From Myxococcota bacterium (GTDB taxonomy: Bacteria; Myxococcota_A; UBA9160; SMWR01), in the NCBI GenBank assembly GCA_041579295.1, contig JBFGGA010000003.1, forward strand, positions 1 to 43,844: a stretch of DNA of 43,844 nucleotides, given 5' to 3'. The notes under the pieces were generated by a model. The model did not search any database, was not told the origin of the DNA, and saw only the letters and a program-made list of their open reading frames with translations. Below are positions 30,873-40,070 of the stretch, in pieces. A program made the translations under genes and the position numbers. Within the stretch, counting starts at the first letter, position 1. Each line of letters starts with the position of its first letter.

Positions 30873-31655
30873 TCAGCGACTGCCCACGCCGCGTCGGGCA
30901 TCGTAGCGCCGACCGAACTCGAGCGCGGCTCGGGCGAGCGCCGCGACGATCCGATCCCGCTCCGCGGCGCCGCGCAGCGCCCGCTCGTCGAGGCGGTTGG
31001 TCAGAAAGCCGATCTCGACGAGCGCGGCGGGCATCTGGACGCCCTCGAGGACGACGAAGTGGGCCTGCTTCACGCCGCGCGCGATCTCCGGATTGCCCGC
31101 GAGCTGCGCCTGCGCGAGGCGCGCGAACTCGCTCGACTCCTCCATGTGTTCGCTCGCGATCAAGTCCCCGATGATCGCGACGAGCGCGTCGTCGCTGCGC
31201 CGGGCCGGCGCGTCCGCGATGCGAAAGGCCTGGTTCTCGCGCCGCGCGACCTGCCGCGCGTAATCGTCGCTCGCATCGAGCGAGAGGAAGAAGGTCTCGA
31301 TGCCCCGGGCCGCCGCGTCGTGGCTCGCGTTCGCGTGGATCGAAATGAACAGGTCCGCCCGCGCGTCGTTTGCGATCGAGGTGCGCGCCTCGAGCGGGAC
31401 GAAGGTGTCGTCGCTGCGCGTCAGGACCACCTGCAATCCGTCGCGTTCGAGGCGCTGCGCGAGGCGCTGCGCAACGTCGAGCACGAGCTCCTTCTCGATC
31501 AAGCCCCCCGCGCCGCGCGCGCCCTCGTCGTCGCCGCCGTGACCCGCGTCGATCACGACCGCGTCGAATCGATTGGGTGCGAGGGAATCGTCGGCCCGGG
31601 CGAGCGCGGGCGCGAGCACTCCGACCACCAGCGCCACGGCAACGGCGTATCGCAT
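30873..31655 (-). CDS. N-acetylmuramoyl-L-alanine amidase (Amidase_3)
   Basis: Signal peptide, VVIDAGHGGDD.GA, EKELVL, FISIHAN and LVEIGFLTN. Confidence 0.93.
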   Translation of the reverse strand: MRYAVAVALVVGVLAPALARADDSLAPNRFDAVVIDAGHGGDDEGARGAGGLIEKELVLDVAQRLAQRLERDGLQVVLTRSDDTFVPLEARTSIANDARADLFISIHANASHDAAARGIETFFLSLDASDDYARQVARRENQAFRIADAPARRSDDALVAIIGDLIASEHMEESSEFARLAQAQLAGNPEIARGVKQAHFVVLEGVQMPAALVEIGFLTNRLDERALRGAAERDRIVAALARAALEFGRRYDARRGVGSR

Positions 31656-31755
31656 GCTTCCCAACGGCAACGGCTACCCCCTCGCCCACCTTACCACGGA
31701 CAGACGCTCCGCGGCCGACCGGGATTCACCAAAACCGCCTTGCCGCGGCGGGCGC

Positions 31756-31857
31756 GCCGCGGGCGGTGCACGGCGATCGCCGCGGGCGGGCCGCGCGCGG
31801 TGCACGCCGATCGCCGCGAGCCGGCCGCGCGCGGTGCAGGGCGATCGCCGCGGGTCG
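31756..31857. repeat. Three tandem copies of a 34-bp intergenic repeat
   Basis: gccgcgggcggtgcacggcgatcgccgcgggcgg / gccgcgcgcggtgcacgccgatcgccgcgagccg / gccgcgcgcggtgcagggcgatcgccgcgggtcg, with no spacers. Confidence 0.85.
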
Positions 31858-31951
31858 GCGGCCGTCGAAATTGCGATCTCGGCGGTGCACTGCGCGGGGC
31901 GTTCTGCCGACAAGGAGCCGATGCCGAAAGCCGCCGCGCCGCAACCGGGCT

Positions 31952-32794
31952 TCAGCGCTTGTGACGGCGCCTGCGCTTCGCGGCGGGCTTTCGGTGCAGG
32001 TCGATGAGCTCCCCGAGGTCGCGCAGCTCGAGCCGGCCGCGCGCGATCTCGAGCAGATCGATCAACGCGCGGGCCGTGGCCTCCGCGTCGCCGAGGGCTC
32101 GGTGGCGCGCGCGATTGGAGACGCCGAAGTGGGCGCACAGGTGATCGAGGTCGTAGCGACCGAGCTCGGGCAGCAGCCGGCGGGCGAGCTTTCGCGTGCA
32201 CAGCACGACGCCGCGATAGGGGGGAAGACCACACAGTTCGAGCGCACGGCTCACGAACCCGTGGTCGAACGGCGCGTTGTGGGCGACGAACGGCGCGGCG
32301 GGCGTTCGATCGAGCCAGCGCGCGAACGATCGCAGCGCGCGCCGCTGCGGGGGCGCCTGCGCGACCATCTCGTCGCGGATGCCGGTCAGCGCGACGATCG
32401 CGCGCGAGAGCCTTCCGGGCGGACGCACGAGCGTCTCGAAGCGGTCGACGATCTGCAGCGCCGAGAGTCGAACCGCCCCGATCTCGAGAATCGACGCGCC
32501 CGCGCCGAGGCCCGTCGTCTCGAGATCGACGACGACGAAATCCGCGGCGGGGATCGGCCGATCGGCGACCTCGAACTCGGCGCCCGGCCGAAGATCGCCC
32601 GGGGCCAGGCGATCGGGGAGCGACTGCGGCTCCCGATCGAGCGCGAGGCCCACGACGTGGCGCGCGAGCGCGGGATCGACCGCGGTCTCGGCCGCGAGCA
32701 GGTGCTGGGCGAGCTCGACGAGCCCGATGGGCTCGCCGCCTTCGCGGAACCGATCCAATGAACGCCGCATCTGTTCGGGCGGGGAGGCTGCCAT
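31952..32794 (-). CDS. DEDDh 3'-5' exonuclease (DnaQ/Pol III epsilon-like) with N-terminal extension
   Basis: ExoI VVVDLETTG, ExoII VAHNAPFD and ExoIII HRALGDA. Confidence 0.92.
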   Translation of the reverse strand: MAASPPEQMRRSLDRFREGGEPIGLVELAQHLLAAETAVDPALARHVVGLALDREPQSLPDRLAPGDLRPGAEFEVADRPIPAADFVVVDLETTGLGAGASILEIGAVRLSALQIVDRFETLVRPPGRLSRAIVALTGIRDEMVAQAPPQRRALRSFARWLDRTPAAPFVAHNAPFDHGFVSRALELCGLPPYRGVVLCTRKLARRLLPELGRYDLDHLCAHFGVSNRARHRALGDAEATARALIDLLEIARGRLELRDLGELIDLHRKPAAKRRRRHKR

Positions 32795-32906
32795 GAACTC
32801 GGGACCGCGGAGGAAGGTGTGCCGCGAGCGGGGGCCGCAACACTACCACACGCGCGCCGGCTCGCTTCGTGACAGCGCGGATTGGCTCGCGTATCGTGGC
32901 CGCCCC

Positions 32907-34937
32907 GTGGCGCGAAACCTGCTGATCGCACTGCTCCCGCTCGCGCTGCTCGCGTCGAGCCTCGCGGAGCGGGCGCTCGCCGAGCCCGCGGTCGCGCGGC
33001 CGACGATCCCGAAGCACGCCGCCTCGCAGCGCAGCGGCACGGTCTTCTTCGTCGACGTCGAGACGAGCGGCGCGGTCGCCGCGATCGGCACCGCCCACAC
33101 GCTGCGCATTTCGGAGATCGCGAAGGCCGGCCGCGTCGAGTTTCGGCGCGGCGGATCGTGGGATCTGGTCTCGACCTCCAGCCGCCTGCTCGCGCCGCCC
33201 GGCGTCCCGTTCAACGCGCCCGGCGGAACCGTGGCCGGGGACTTCTTCGTCTACGCGCTCGACTCCGCACCCGTCGGCGTTCGGATCCTCGAGCTCGAGA
33301 GCGACGCGAAGCTCGCCGCGCTCGCGAGGGGCGACGCCGTGCGGATCCTCGCCATCCCCGCGCGCGGCGGCGACGACGAGGTCAGCCTGCGCGGCGAGAT
33401 CGCGGCGGTCTCACCCGCGCAGATCGAGCTTCGGCTCGAAGGGCCCGCGGATCTTCGCGGTTGGGGCGGCGCCCCCGTGGTCGCGACCGACTCGGGGCGC
33501 GTGATCGGCATCGTGCAGGCCGGCGTCGCGAACGCCGCGGTTCCAGAGCTCACGGTGGGCCCGATCGGCGCGGTGCGCGAGGCACTCGGCGGCGTCGACG
33601 TGGGGGCGACGGGGCAGTCGTTCGCGATGCTCGCGCAGACGCCCGCAGCGCCGAATCGCGAGCAATCCGGGGCCCACGCACGGCCGCTCGTCCTCCCGGG
33701 ACCGGATCGAACGATCATCCACCTCGAGATCGAGCACCCGGGCGACGGCGCCGTGGTCTCGGACGCGGCCTGCGGCACCTTCGTGGCGGGCCGCGCGATG
33801 GCGCTCAGCGATCGCTCGAAGCGCTTCGACGTCGCGCTCGTGATCGACACGTCCAGCTCGACCGAAGACCCGACGGGCGCCGACATCAACGGCAACGGCG
33901 TGATCGGCGCGCCGCCGCGCGGGCGCATCTCCTCGCTGTTCGGCGGCAGCACCGACAAGGGGGATTCCATCCTCGCGGCCGAGGTCGCCGCCGCGCGCCA
34001 GATCCTGCGCGACCTCGACCCGCGCACCACCCGGGTCGCGGTGATCACCTTCGCCGGGAGCGATGACGAAAGAGGGGCCGACCCGCCCGCAGTGACCCGA
34101 CAGCCGCTCACGAGCGAGTACGCGCTCGTCGAACAGGCACTGGACTTCATCGTGCGCACAGATCCGCACGGCATGACCCACATGTCCGGCGCGGTCGACC
34201 ACACCACGACCGAATTGCTCGGGCTCTACGGGTCGCGCTCGGAGAAGATCCCCGACTCCGAGAAGCTGGTGTTCTTCTTCACGGACGGCCGACCCACGAT
34301 GCCCTTCGGTCAGTACGCGGAATCGGACAACACGCGGGCCGTGCGCCGCGCGGCGCTGCGCGCGAACAAGGCCGGAATCCGCATCCATTCGTTCGCGATC
34401 GGCCCGGAAGCGCTGGCGGGCCCCATCGCGAGCGTCGAGCTCGCCGACATGACGGGCGGCTCGTTCGTTCCGGTCCGCCACCCGGGCGAGCTCTCGGCGG
34501 TCGTCGACGCGCTGAACTTCGCGAACCTCGAAGACGTGGTGCTGCGCAACGACACGACCGGCGCAACCGCGGAGCCGTTCCGGGTCACGGCCGACGGCAG
34601 CTGGGGCGGCTTCGTGAAGCTGATGACCGGCTCCAACACGGTGCGGATCGCGGCGCGCTCGACGGACGGCGTCGAGGCCGTCCGGCTGCTCCACGTCGTC
34701 CACGAGCCCGCCGCGGCGCCGCTGCCGGTTCCCGACGACCTCGGAATCCGACACAACCGCCTGCTCGAGGACTGCCTGCGCAACCTCAAGCAGCTGCGCG
34801 TCGCCGCCGAGCGGGAGCACGCCGAGAAGGTGCGCAAGGAGCTGCTGCTCGAGATCGGACGCGAGCGCGCCAAGGCGCGCAAACGCGCCGCCGAGCAGCG
34901 CAAGCAGCTCGAACTCGAGATCGAAGACACCGACTAG
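32907..34937 (+). CDS. Exported protein: trypsin-like domain + von Willebrand A domain + C-terminal coiled coil
   Basis: Signal peptide from GTG 32907. Trypsin-fold motifs GTAH, GDFFVY and GWGGAPVV...GRVIGIV; VWA MIDAS IDTSSST and FFTDGRPT; E/R/K-rich tail. Confidence 0.8.
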   Translation: MARNLLIALLPLALLASSLAERALAEPAVARPTIPKHAASQRSGTVFFVDVETSGAVAAIGTAHTLRISEIAKAGRVEFRRGGSWDLVSTSSRLLAPPGVPFNAPGGTVAGDFFVYALDSAPVGVRILELESDAKLAALARGDAVRILAIPARGGDDEVSLRGEIAAVSPAQIELRLEGPADLRGWGGAPVVATDSGRVIGIVQAGVANAAVPELTVGPIGAVREALGGVDVGATGQSFAMLAQTPAAPNREQSGAHARPLVLPGPDRTIIHLEIEHPGDGAVVSDAACGTFVAGRAMALSDRSKRFDVALVIDTSSSTEDPTGADINGNGVIGAPPRGRISSLFGGSTDKGDSILAAEVAAARQILRDLDPRTTRVAVITFAGSDDERGADPPAVTRQPLTSEYALVEQALDFIVRTDPHGMTHMSGAVDHTTTELLGLYGSRSEKIPDSEKLVFFFTDGRPTMPFGQYAESDNTRAVRRAALRANKAGIRIHSFAIGPEALAGPIASVELADMTGGSFVPVRHPGELSAVVDALNFANLEDVVLRNDTTGATAEPFRVTADGSWGGFVKLMTGSNTVRIAARSTDGVEAVRLLHVVHEPAAAPLPVPDDLGIRHNRLLEDCLRNLKQLRVAAEREHAEKVRKELLLEIGRERAKARKRAAEQRKQLELEIEDTD

Positions 34938-35031
34938 CCACCGGAGTTGTCTCGGGAAGTGGTCCTCCATGGTATCTGGTGACCACTTGTGCGATATAGA
35001 TCTCCTCACGTGCGAGAGGAGCAGCCGGGCG

Positions 35032-35700
35032 ATGAGGCGGACGGTAGCCATCGGGCTGATGGGGCTCTCGATCGCGGTCCTACCGGCTCCCGCTCGAGGC
35101 GGTACGGCCAGAGGCGTGGCTCTGGGCGCGGGGGCCGCGGTGGCCTCGATGATCGGGTGCGTGGCCATCCGGGAGCTGCCTGCGGACAAGGACGCGGAGG
35201 AAGACGGATTCGCCCGGCCGGGCTGGCTGGCGGGCGTGGCGGGGAGCTATGCCCACCTGGGCGACGCGTTCGACGACAGCTCGTCGGTCGACGGCCTCGG
35301 TGTCAACGGTCGAGTGGGCTACCGCTGTCACCCGCGCGTCGCGGCCGAATTCCAGGTCGAGTGGTTCGAGGCGAACGACATCCGAGGCAATCGGCTCAAC
35401 GGCGACGTCGAGATCCTGACGGCGACCGCGAATGCGAAGGGATATCTGCTGACCGGGCGCTACCAGCCGTTCGTGCTCCTCGGCGGGGGCGCCGTGAGCG
35501 CGAGAACGACGGGACGCTCCTTGGGGCTCGCCGTGGACGAGACCGAAACCGACTTCGCCTTCCGCTTTGGGGGAGGCATCGATCTCTACGCGACGAAGAA
35601 CCTGGTCGCGACCTTGGAAGCCGGCTACGTGCTCCCGTTCGGTGACGTCTCCACGGTGGATTACATCTGGTTCGGCTGGGGCTTCCAGTATCGCTTCTGA
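35032..35700 (+). CDS. Outer-membrane beta-barrel protein (OmpA-like/porin family)
   Basis: Signal peptide, alternating beta-strand pattern (GVNGRVGYR, QPFVLLGGG, FRFGGGIDLY) and C-terminal GFQYRF. Confidence 0.85.
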   Translation: MRRTVAIGLMGLSIAVLPAPARGGTARGVALGAGAAVASMIGCVAIRELPADKDAEEDGFARPGWLAGVAGSYAHLGDAFDDSSSVDGLGVNGRVGYRCHPRVAAEFQVEWFEANDIRGNRLNGDVEILTATANAKGYLLTGRYQPFVLLGGGAVSARTTGRSLGLAVDETETDFAFRFGGGIDLYATKNLVATLEAGYVLPFGDVSTVDYIWFGWGFQYRF

Positions 35701-35717
35701 GGCGCTTGCCGAACCGC

Positions 35718-36428
35718 CTACTGCTGGGCGAGGCGCTGCGGCTGCGCGTCGTAGTTGCGGTCTTCGCTGAAGACCTTCAGCGGCGCCCAGCCGGGCACCT
35801 CGGACATGCGCGGCATGCCGAAGGTCATCGCCCCGGTCGGATCGATCACCCAGGGATCGTTCGGATCCTCGAACCAGAACGTCACCATGTGGTGTTGATT
35901 GTCGCTGTGGCGGTGGACGATGGCCCGGAAGACCTCGTCCTCGCCGAAGCCGAGGTCGCGCAGCAGGTGGTAGACGAGCAGCTCGAGGCCGTCGCAGTCG
36001 TCGCCGTCGGCGCGAAAGGTCTCCTCGAGCGTCGCCCAGTGGTCGATCGGCCCGTCCGCGACGTAGTGCTGCTTGGCCTGCGTCTGGATCCAATCCGCCA
36101 GGTCACGAGCCAGCGCGCGCTTGGCCTGTCGGCGAAAGTCCGCGTACTTGGCGCGCAGGTCGGCGGGGTGTGCGCGCGCGCGCTCGGCATCCGCACCCGA
36201 AGCGACCGCGGGGGTCGGACGCCCGGAGTCGGGCGCGCGCTGTTCGGCGCGCTCGCGGGCCTGCCAGCTCGCGATCTTGTGCCCCCAGGCGTCGTCGACC
36301 GGCGGCTCGACGAAGTAGCCGTAGGCGCGCGGCGCGCTGAACACGCTCGAACAGCCCCAGCCGAACCACACGCCGAGCGCGAGTCCGCCGACGGCCGCGA
36401 GACTCAGCCGATGTGTCGATTTCCCCAT
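35718..36428 (-). CDS. Transglutaminase-like cysteine peptidase (BTLCP/LapG-like), probable lipoprotein
   Basis: Leader ends in WGC. Cys-His-Asp order in GDDCDGL...HHMVTFW...WVIDPT. Confidence 0.7.
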   Translation of the reverse strand: MGKSTHRLSLAAVGGLALGVWFGWGCSSVFSAPRAYGYFVEPPVDDAWGHKIASWQARERAEQRAPDSGRPTPAVASGADAERARAHPADLRAKYADFRRQAKRALARDLADWIQTQAKQHYVADGPIDHWATLEETFRADGDDCDGLELLVYHLLRDLGFGEDEVFRAIVHRHSDNQHHMVTFWFEDPNDPWVIDPTGAMTFGMPRMSEVPGWAPLKVFSEDRNYDAQPQRLAQQ

Positions 36429-36436
36429 CGGGTTCT

Positions 36437-36480
36437 ACATCGGCCGACGCGTGCACCCCCTTACCGCTAAGCATCTGATT
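36437..36480 (-). promoter_or_regulatory. Sigma28-like promoter (TAAG-N15-GCCGATGT) with adjacent IHF-like site
   Basis: Minus strand: TAAG at 36463-36460, 15-nt spacer, GCCGATGT at 36444-36437. AATCAGATGCTTA (36480-36468) fits WATCAR-N4-TTR and sits in an AT-rich patch. Confidence 0.45.
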
Positions 36481-36629
36481 TTTATAGATAAATTAGGCAG
36501 CTGAGAGTTCGGCTGGCGCCGTCCGGGGATGCGATCGGAGCTGCGTGCCCGCGCAGCGGCAGCGGGCGCGCAGCGGCCCGGCGCGCTCGGGGTGACCGCG
36601 GGCGCTGGCTTCGCCGCGGTCGGAGGATC

Positions 36630-36758
36630 TCAGGCGGGGATGCCGCAGGCGCGCGTGAACGAGAAGAGCACGACCACGAACAGGACGATCGAAGGGACTC
36701 CGAGCGCGACGTAGAGCTTGGCGATCCAATCGTTCTTCCCGCGCGGTTCTTCGTCCAT
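36630..36758 (-). CDS. Small single-pass membrane protein (42 aa), absent from the ORF track
   Basis: MDEEPRGKNDWIAKLYVALGVPSIVLFVVVLFSFTRACGIPA*. GGAGAAGG precedes the ATG and third codon positions are mostly G/C. Confidence 0.65.
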   Translation of the reverse strand: MDEEPRGKNDWIAKLYVALGVPSIVLFVVVLFSFTRACGIPA

Positions 36759-36916
36759 GGCCTTCTCCGTTCCGCTCCGAGCGGCGGCTTTGCGGCGCGC
36801 CACTCTAGCCGGCCTCGCCGACCTCGTCGAGCGTCGCGCGCGAATCCTCTGGGATCGCGGTGGTCGTCGCGGGCTAATCCTGCGGATTCGCCCGCTAGAC
36901 TGCGGCGGGGGGAGGG

Positions 36917-38110
36917 GTGAGCCTCCGGCGCACGCTTCAGGTCATCGGGCTCGTCTACGTGATCGAGGGCTTCCCGATGGGAGTCCACGATCTGTGGCCC
37001 GTCTATCTGCGCTCGCACGGCGCCTCGCTCGCCCAGGTCGGCCTGCTCGCCGCGCTCGGCTCCGCGTGGACGCTCAAGGTGCTCTGGTCGCCGCTCGTGG
37101 ATCGCTTCGGCGAGCCGCGCCGATGGGTGGCGGGATCGATGGCCGCGATGGCCGTCGCACTGATCGGCATCGCGCTCGGCGATCCGCAGTCCGTCCCCAC
37201 CTCGCTCTGGATCGCGTTCTGGATCTACTGCCTCGCCTCGGCGACGCAGGACGTCGCGATCGACGGCTACTCGATCGGCATCACCCGACACGGCGAGGAA
37301 GGCCCGGTCAACGCGATGAAGGCGGTCGCCTACCGCGGCGGGATGGTCGTGGCGACCGCCCTGCTCTTCCTTCCGCGTTGGATCGGCTGGGCCGGAACCT
37401 TCGCCGTCGCGGCGTCGCTCAGCGCGTGCATGGCGGTCGCGGTCTTCGCGGCGCCGCGCGTCGCGGTTCCGCCGCGCAAACGGCGGGAGCTCTGGCCGGC
37501 GCTGAAGCGCTGGTTCGCGGAAAGCCACAGCGCGGCGGTCATCGGCTTCGTGATGCTGTATCGCATCGGGGACCTCGCGATGGGCCCGATGCTCAGCGCG
37601 TTCTGGGTGGACCGCGGATTTTCGCTCGAAGAGATCGGGCTCGTCTCGAAGGGTCTCGGCATCGGCGCCTTCGTGCTCGGCGCGATCATCGGCGGCTGGG
37701 GCGTCTATCGGATGGGCATCGCGCGCGGGCTGTGGTGGTTCGGCGGGCTCGCGCTGCTGTCGAACCTCGGTTACGCGAGCGTCGCGGCGTTTCCGGAGCT
37801 CGGCCGCGCGGGCGTCTACGCGGCGGCGCTGATCGAGTCGTTCTGCAGCGGGATGGCTTCGGCCGCGTTTCTCTCGTACCTGATGAACATCTGCCAACGC
37901 GAGCACGCCGCGGTGCAGTACGCGCTGCTCACCGCCGCGTATCGGCTTCCGGGCATCCCCGCGGCGAGCATGTCGGGGATCGCGACCGAGCAGGTCGGCT
38001 ATGCGCTGTTCTTCGCATCGACCGCTGCGCTGGCGCTGCCCGCGTTCGCGTTCCTGCCGCGCGCCTCGACCCGAATCGACGAGGGCTCGCTCGACCAGCG
38101 CCACCGCTGA
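36917..38110 (+). CDS. ampG: AmpG-like MFS permease
   Basis: YVIEGFPMG, WTLKVLWSPLVDRFG, ASATQDVAIDGY, LYRIGD and AAVQYALLT; about 12 hydrophobic segments. Confidence 0.85.
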   Translation: MSLRRTLQVIGLVYVIEGFPMGVHDLWPVYLRSHGASLAQVGLLAALGSAWTLKVLWSPLVDRFGEPRRWVAGSMAAMAVALIGIALGDPQSVPTSLWIAFWIYCLASATQDVAIDGYSIGITRHGEEGPVNAMKAVAYRGGMVVATALLFLPRWIGWAGTFAVAASLSACMAVAVFAAPRVAVPPRKRRELWPALKRWFAESHSAAVIGFVMLYRIGDLAMGPMLSAFWVDRGFSLEEIGLVSKGLGIGAFVLGAIIGGWGVYRMGIARGLWWFGGLALLSNLGYASVAAFPELGRAGVYAAALIESFCSGMASAAFLSYLMNICQREHAAVQYALLTAAYRLPGIPAASMSGIATEQVGYALFFASTAALALPAFAFLPRASTRIDEGSLDQRHR

Positions 38111-38115
38111 GAGCG

Positions 38116-38628
38116 CTACTGGGACGGCGCTTGCGGCTTGTACCACTCCTCGGGAACACCCGCGAGGTTGGCCTCGACGATCAGGTCGCGCAGCCTTCGC
38201 TCTGCGCGCGCGACGTCCTCGCGCTTGCGCTGGATCTCCTGCTTGAGCCCGTAGTTGACCGTCGTCTTCTCGCTGGGCGCGGCCTGCACGCCGGGCGCCC
38301 CGACCTGCCAATTGCTCGTCTTGCCCACCAGCTCCGATAGCTTGTCGAGCGACGCATCGAGGTCTGCCTGGGCGGCCTCCACCTCCGCCTCCGCTTCGGC
38401 GAAGCGGCCGCTCCACTCCGCGCGCGTCAGCCCCCCCCGCTGGCCCGATTCGACCGGGAGCGCGGACGGCAGCGTGAGCAGCTGATCGAGGGTCACGCTC
38501 TTCGGAGGGGTTGCGGCTTCCGTGTCCGCGGCGGCAGGGCCCGCCAGGCACGCGAGCAGCCACGAGACCGCGTGCACACCGACGGCGAGTTCCCGCAGCC
38601 GAGGAAATTTCCAGCGCGCTTCGACCAT
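38116..38628 (-). CDS. Hypothetical exported coiled-coil protein
   Basis: Hydrophobic leader ending AGPAAA, helical E/A/R-rich body and C-terminal AGVPEEW. Start codon uncertain. Confidence 0.65.
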   Translation of the reverse strand: MVEARWKFPRLRELAVGVHAVSWLLACLAGPAAADTEAATPPKSVTLDQLLTLPSALPVESGQRGGLTRAEWSGRFAEAEAEVEAAQADLDASLDKLSELVGKTSNWQVGAPGVQAAPSEKTTVNYGLKQEIQRKREDVARAERRLRDLIVEANLAGVPEEWYKPQAPSQ

Positions 38629-38824
38629 TCCAATACCCTGGAATCCTGTAGACGCGGTGCGCACCGCCCGGATTCAACCATAGCGAAACGCGTTTGGAGC
38701 CCCGTGGAGAGGGCTGCCGGGGTCGCCCGAGCGCCGCGTCGCGGGCCGCGGATTCCACGCCGCGCGCAGGCGCGAGGGACGCGGCGGAGCGGTGCTGCGG
38801 GGCCGGAGCGGGCCGGAATCGAGG

Positions 38825-38851
38825 TCAAGCCGGCGTTGGAAACGCCGATAC
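38825..38851 (+). promoter_or_regulatory. Sigma28-like promoter upstream of pilT (TCAA-N15-GCCGATAC)
   Basis: TCAA gccggcgttggaaac GCCGATAC has the spacing of the FliA consensus TAAA-N15-GCCGATAA and lies 60 nt before the pilT ATG. Confidence 0.5.
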
Positions 38852-38911
38852 GAAATGCGGGATCCCGGCTCGGGATCGGTAACTCCATCCTCCGCGGAGG
38901 GGTGACGAGCG

Positions 38912-40060
38912 ATGGATCGCGAGAAGCTGTATCGGCTCCTGCGCCTCGGAATCGAGAAGGGAGCTTCGGATATTCACTTCCAAGTGGGATATCTGCCGCT
39001 CTACCGATTCAACGGCGACCTCGTCGAACTCCGCTACAAGGTTCTGACCGAGAAGGACACGGAATCGATCGCCCGGATCCTGCTCGAGGCCGATGACAAG
39101 CAGCTCGCCGACTTCAACGAGATCGATCTCGCGTTCGAGCTGCCCAGCGAGGGCCGCTTCCGCGTCAACATCTCGCGCCAGCGGCGCTTTTGCAACATCG
39201 TCCTGCGCGTCATTCCGCTGCAGATCCGCACCTTCGAGGAGTTGAATCTGCCGAGCGCATTGCGCGATGTGGCGCGCCTGCAGCGCGGTTACGTGCTCGT
39301 CACCGGCTCGACCGGAATGGGCAAGTCGACGACGCTCGCGACGATGATCGAAGAGATCAACCACACCCGAAAGGCGAAGATCGTCACGATCGAAGACCCG
39401 ATCGAGTTCGTCTTCACGCACGACAAGAGCATCATCACCCAGCGAGAAGTCGGCACCGACACGACGTCGTTTCCCGACGCGCTCAGGGCCGCGCTTCGCC
39501 AGGATCCCGACTGCATCATGGTCGGCGAGATGCGGGACCAGACGACTGTGGACACGTCGCTCAAGGCCGCCGAGACCGGCCACCTCGTGCTCTCGTCGAT
39601 TCACACCAGCGATGTGCGTTCGACGATCAATCGGCTGGTCTCGTTCTTCCCCGCCGAGGAGCAGATGCAGGTGCGCGCGCGCCTCGCCGACAACCTCCAG
39701 GCGGTGGTCTCGCTGCGGCTGCTGCCCACCAAGAAGCAGAACTCGCGCGTGCCGGCCGTCGAGATCATGCGGAGCACCCGAACCATCCAGGATTGCATCA
39801 AGGATCCCGCCAAGAACAGCGAGATCGCCGACTACATCGCACGCGGCCGCGGCGAGATGATGCAGACCTTCGACCAACATCTTCTCGATCTGCTGCGCGC
39901 CAACAAGATCTCCGTCGAGACCGCGCTGACCGCTGCATCGAATCCGACGGACTTCAGAACGAAGCTGGCGCTCGAGGGAGGCGATCCGGACGCGGTCGAA
40001 GACGAGGTCGAGGCCAAGGTACAAGGTCCGCTCGAAATCGACCCGGATTCGCGGTTCTAG
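38912..40060 (+). CDS. pilT: PilT/PilU-family type IV pilus ATPase
   Basis: GASDIH, GRFRVN, Walker A GSTGMGKST, TIEDPIEF, Walker B ALRQDPDCIMVGEMRD, His box AETGHLVLSSIH and MQTFDQ. Confidence 0.93.
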   Translation: MDREKLYRLLRLGIEKGASDIHFQVGYLPLYRFNGDLVELRYKVLTEKDTESIARILLEADDKQLADFNEIDLAFELPSEGRFRVNISRQRRFCNIVLRVIPLQIRTFEELNLPSALRDVARLQRGYVLVTGSTGMGKSTTLATMIEEINHTRKAKIVTIEDPIEFVFTHDKSIITQREVGTDTTSFPDALRAALRQDPDCIMVGEMRDQTTVDTSLKAAETGHLVLSSIHTSDVRSTINRLVSFFPAEEQMQVRARLADNLQAVVSLRLLPTKKQNSRVPAVEIMRSTRTIQDCIKDPAKNSEIADYIARGRGEMMQTFDQHLLDLLRANKISVETALTAASNPTDFRTKLALEGGDPDAVEDEVEAKVQGPLEIDPDSRF

Positions 40061-40070
40061 GCGCGGAGGC

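Noticed and set aside
31756-31857. 34-bp repeats as a CRISPR array
   Set aside because: The units are contiguous with no unique spacers, the copies are imperfect, and there are no cas genes in the window.
31952-32794. Exonuclease as part of an anti-phage defence or mobile system
   Set aside because: It has ordinary DEDDh motifs in a housekeeping context, with no nuclease, ATPase, integrase or toxin partner nearby.
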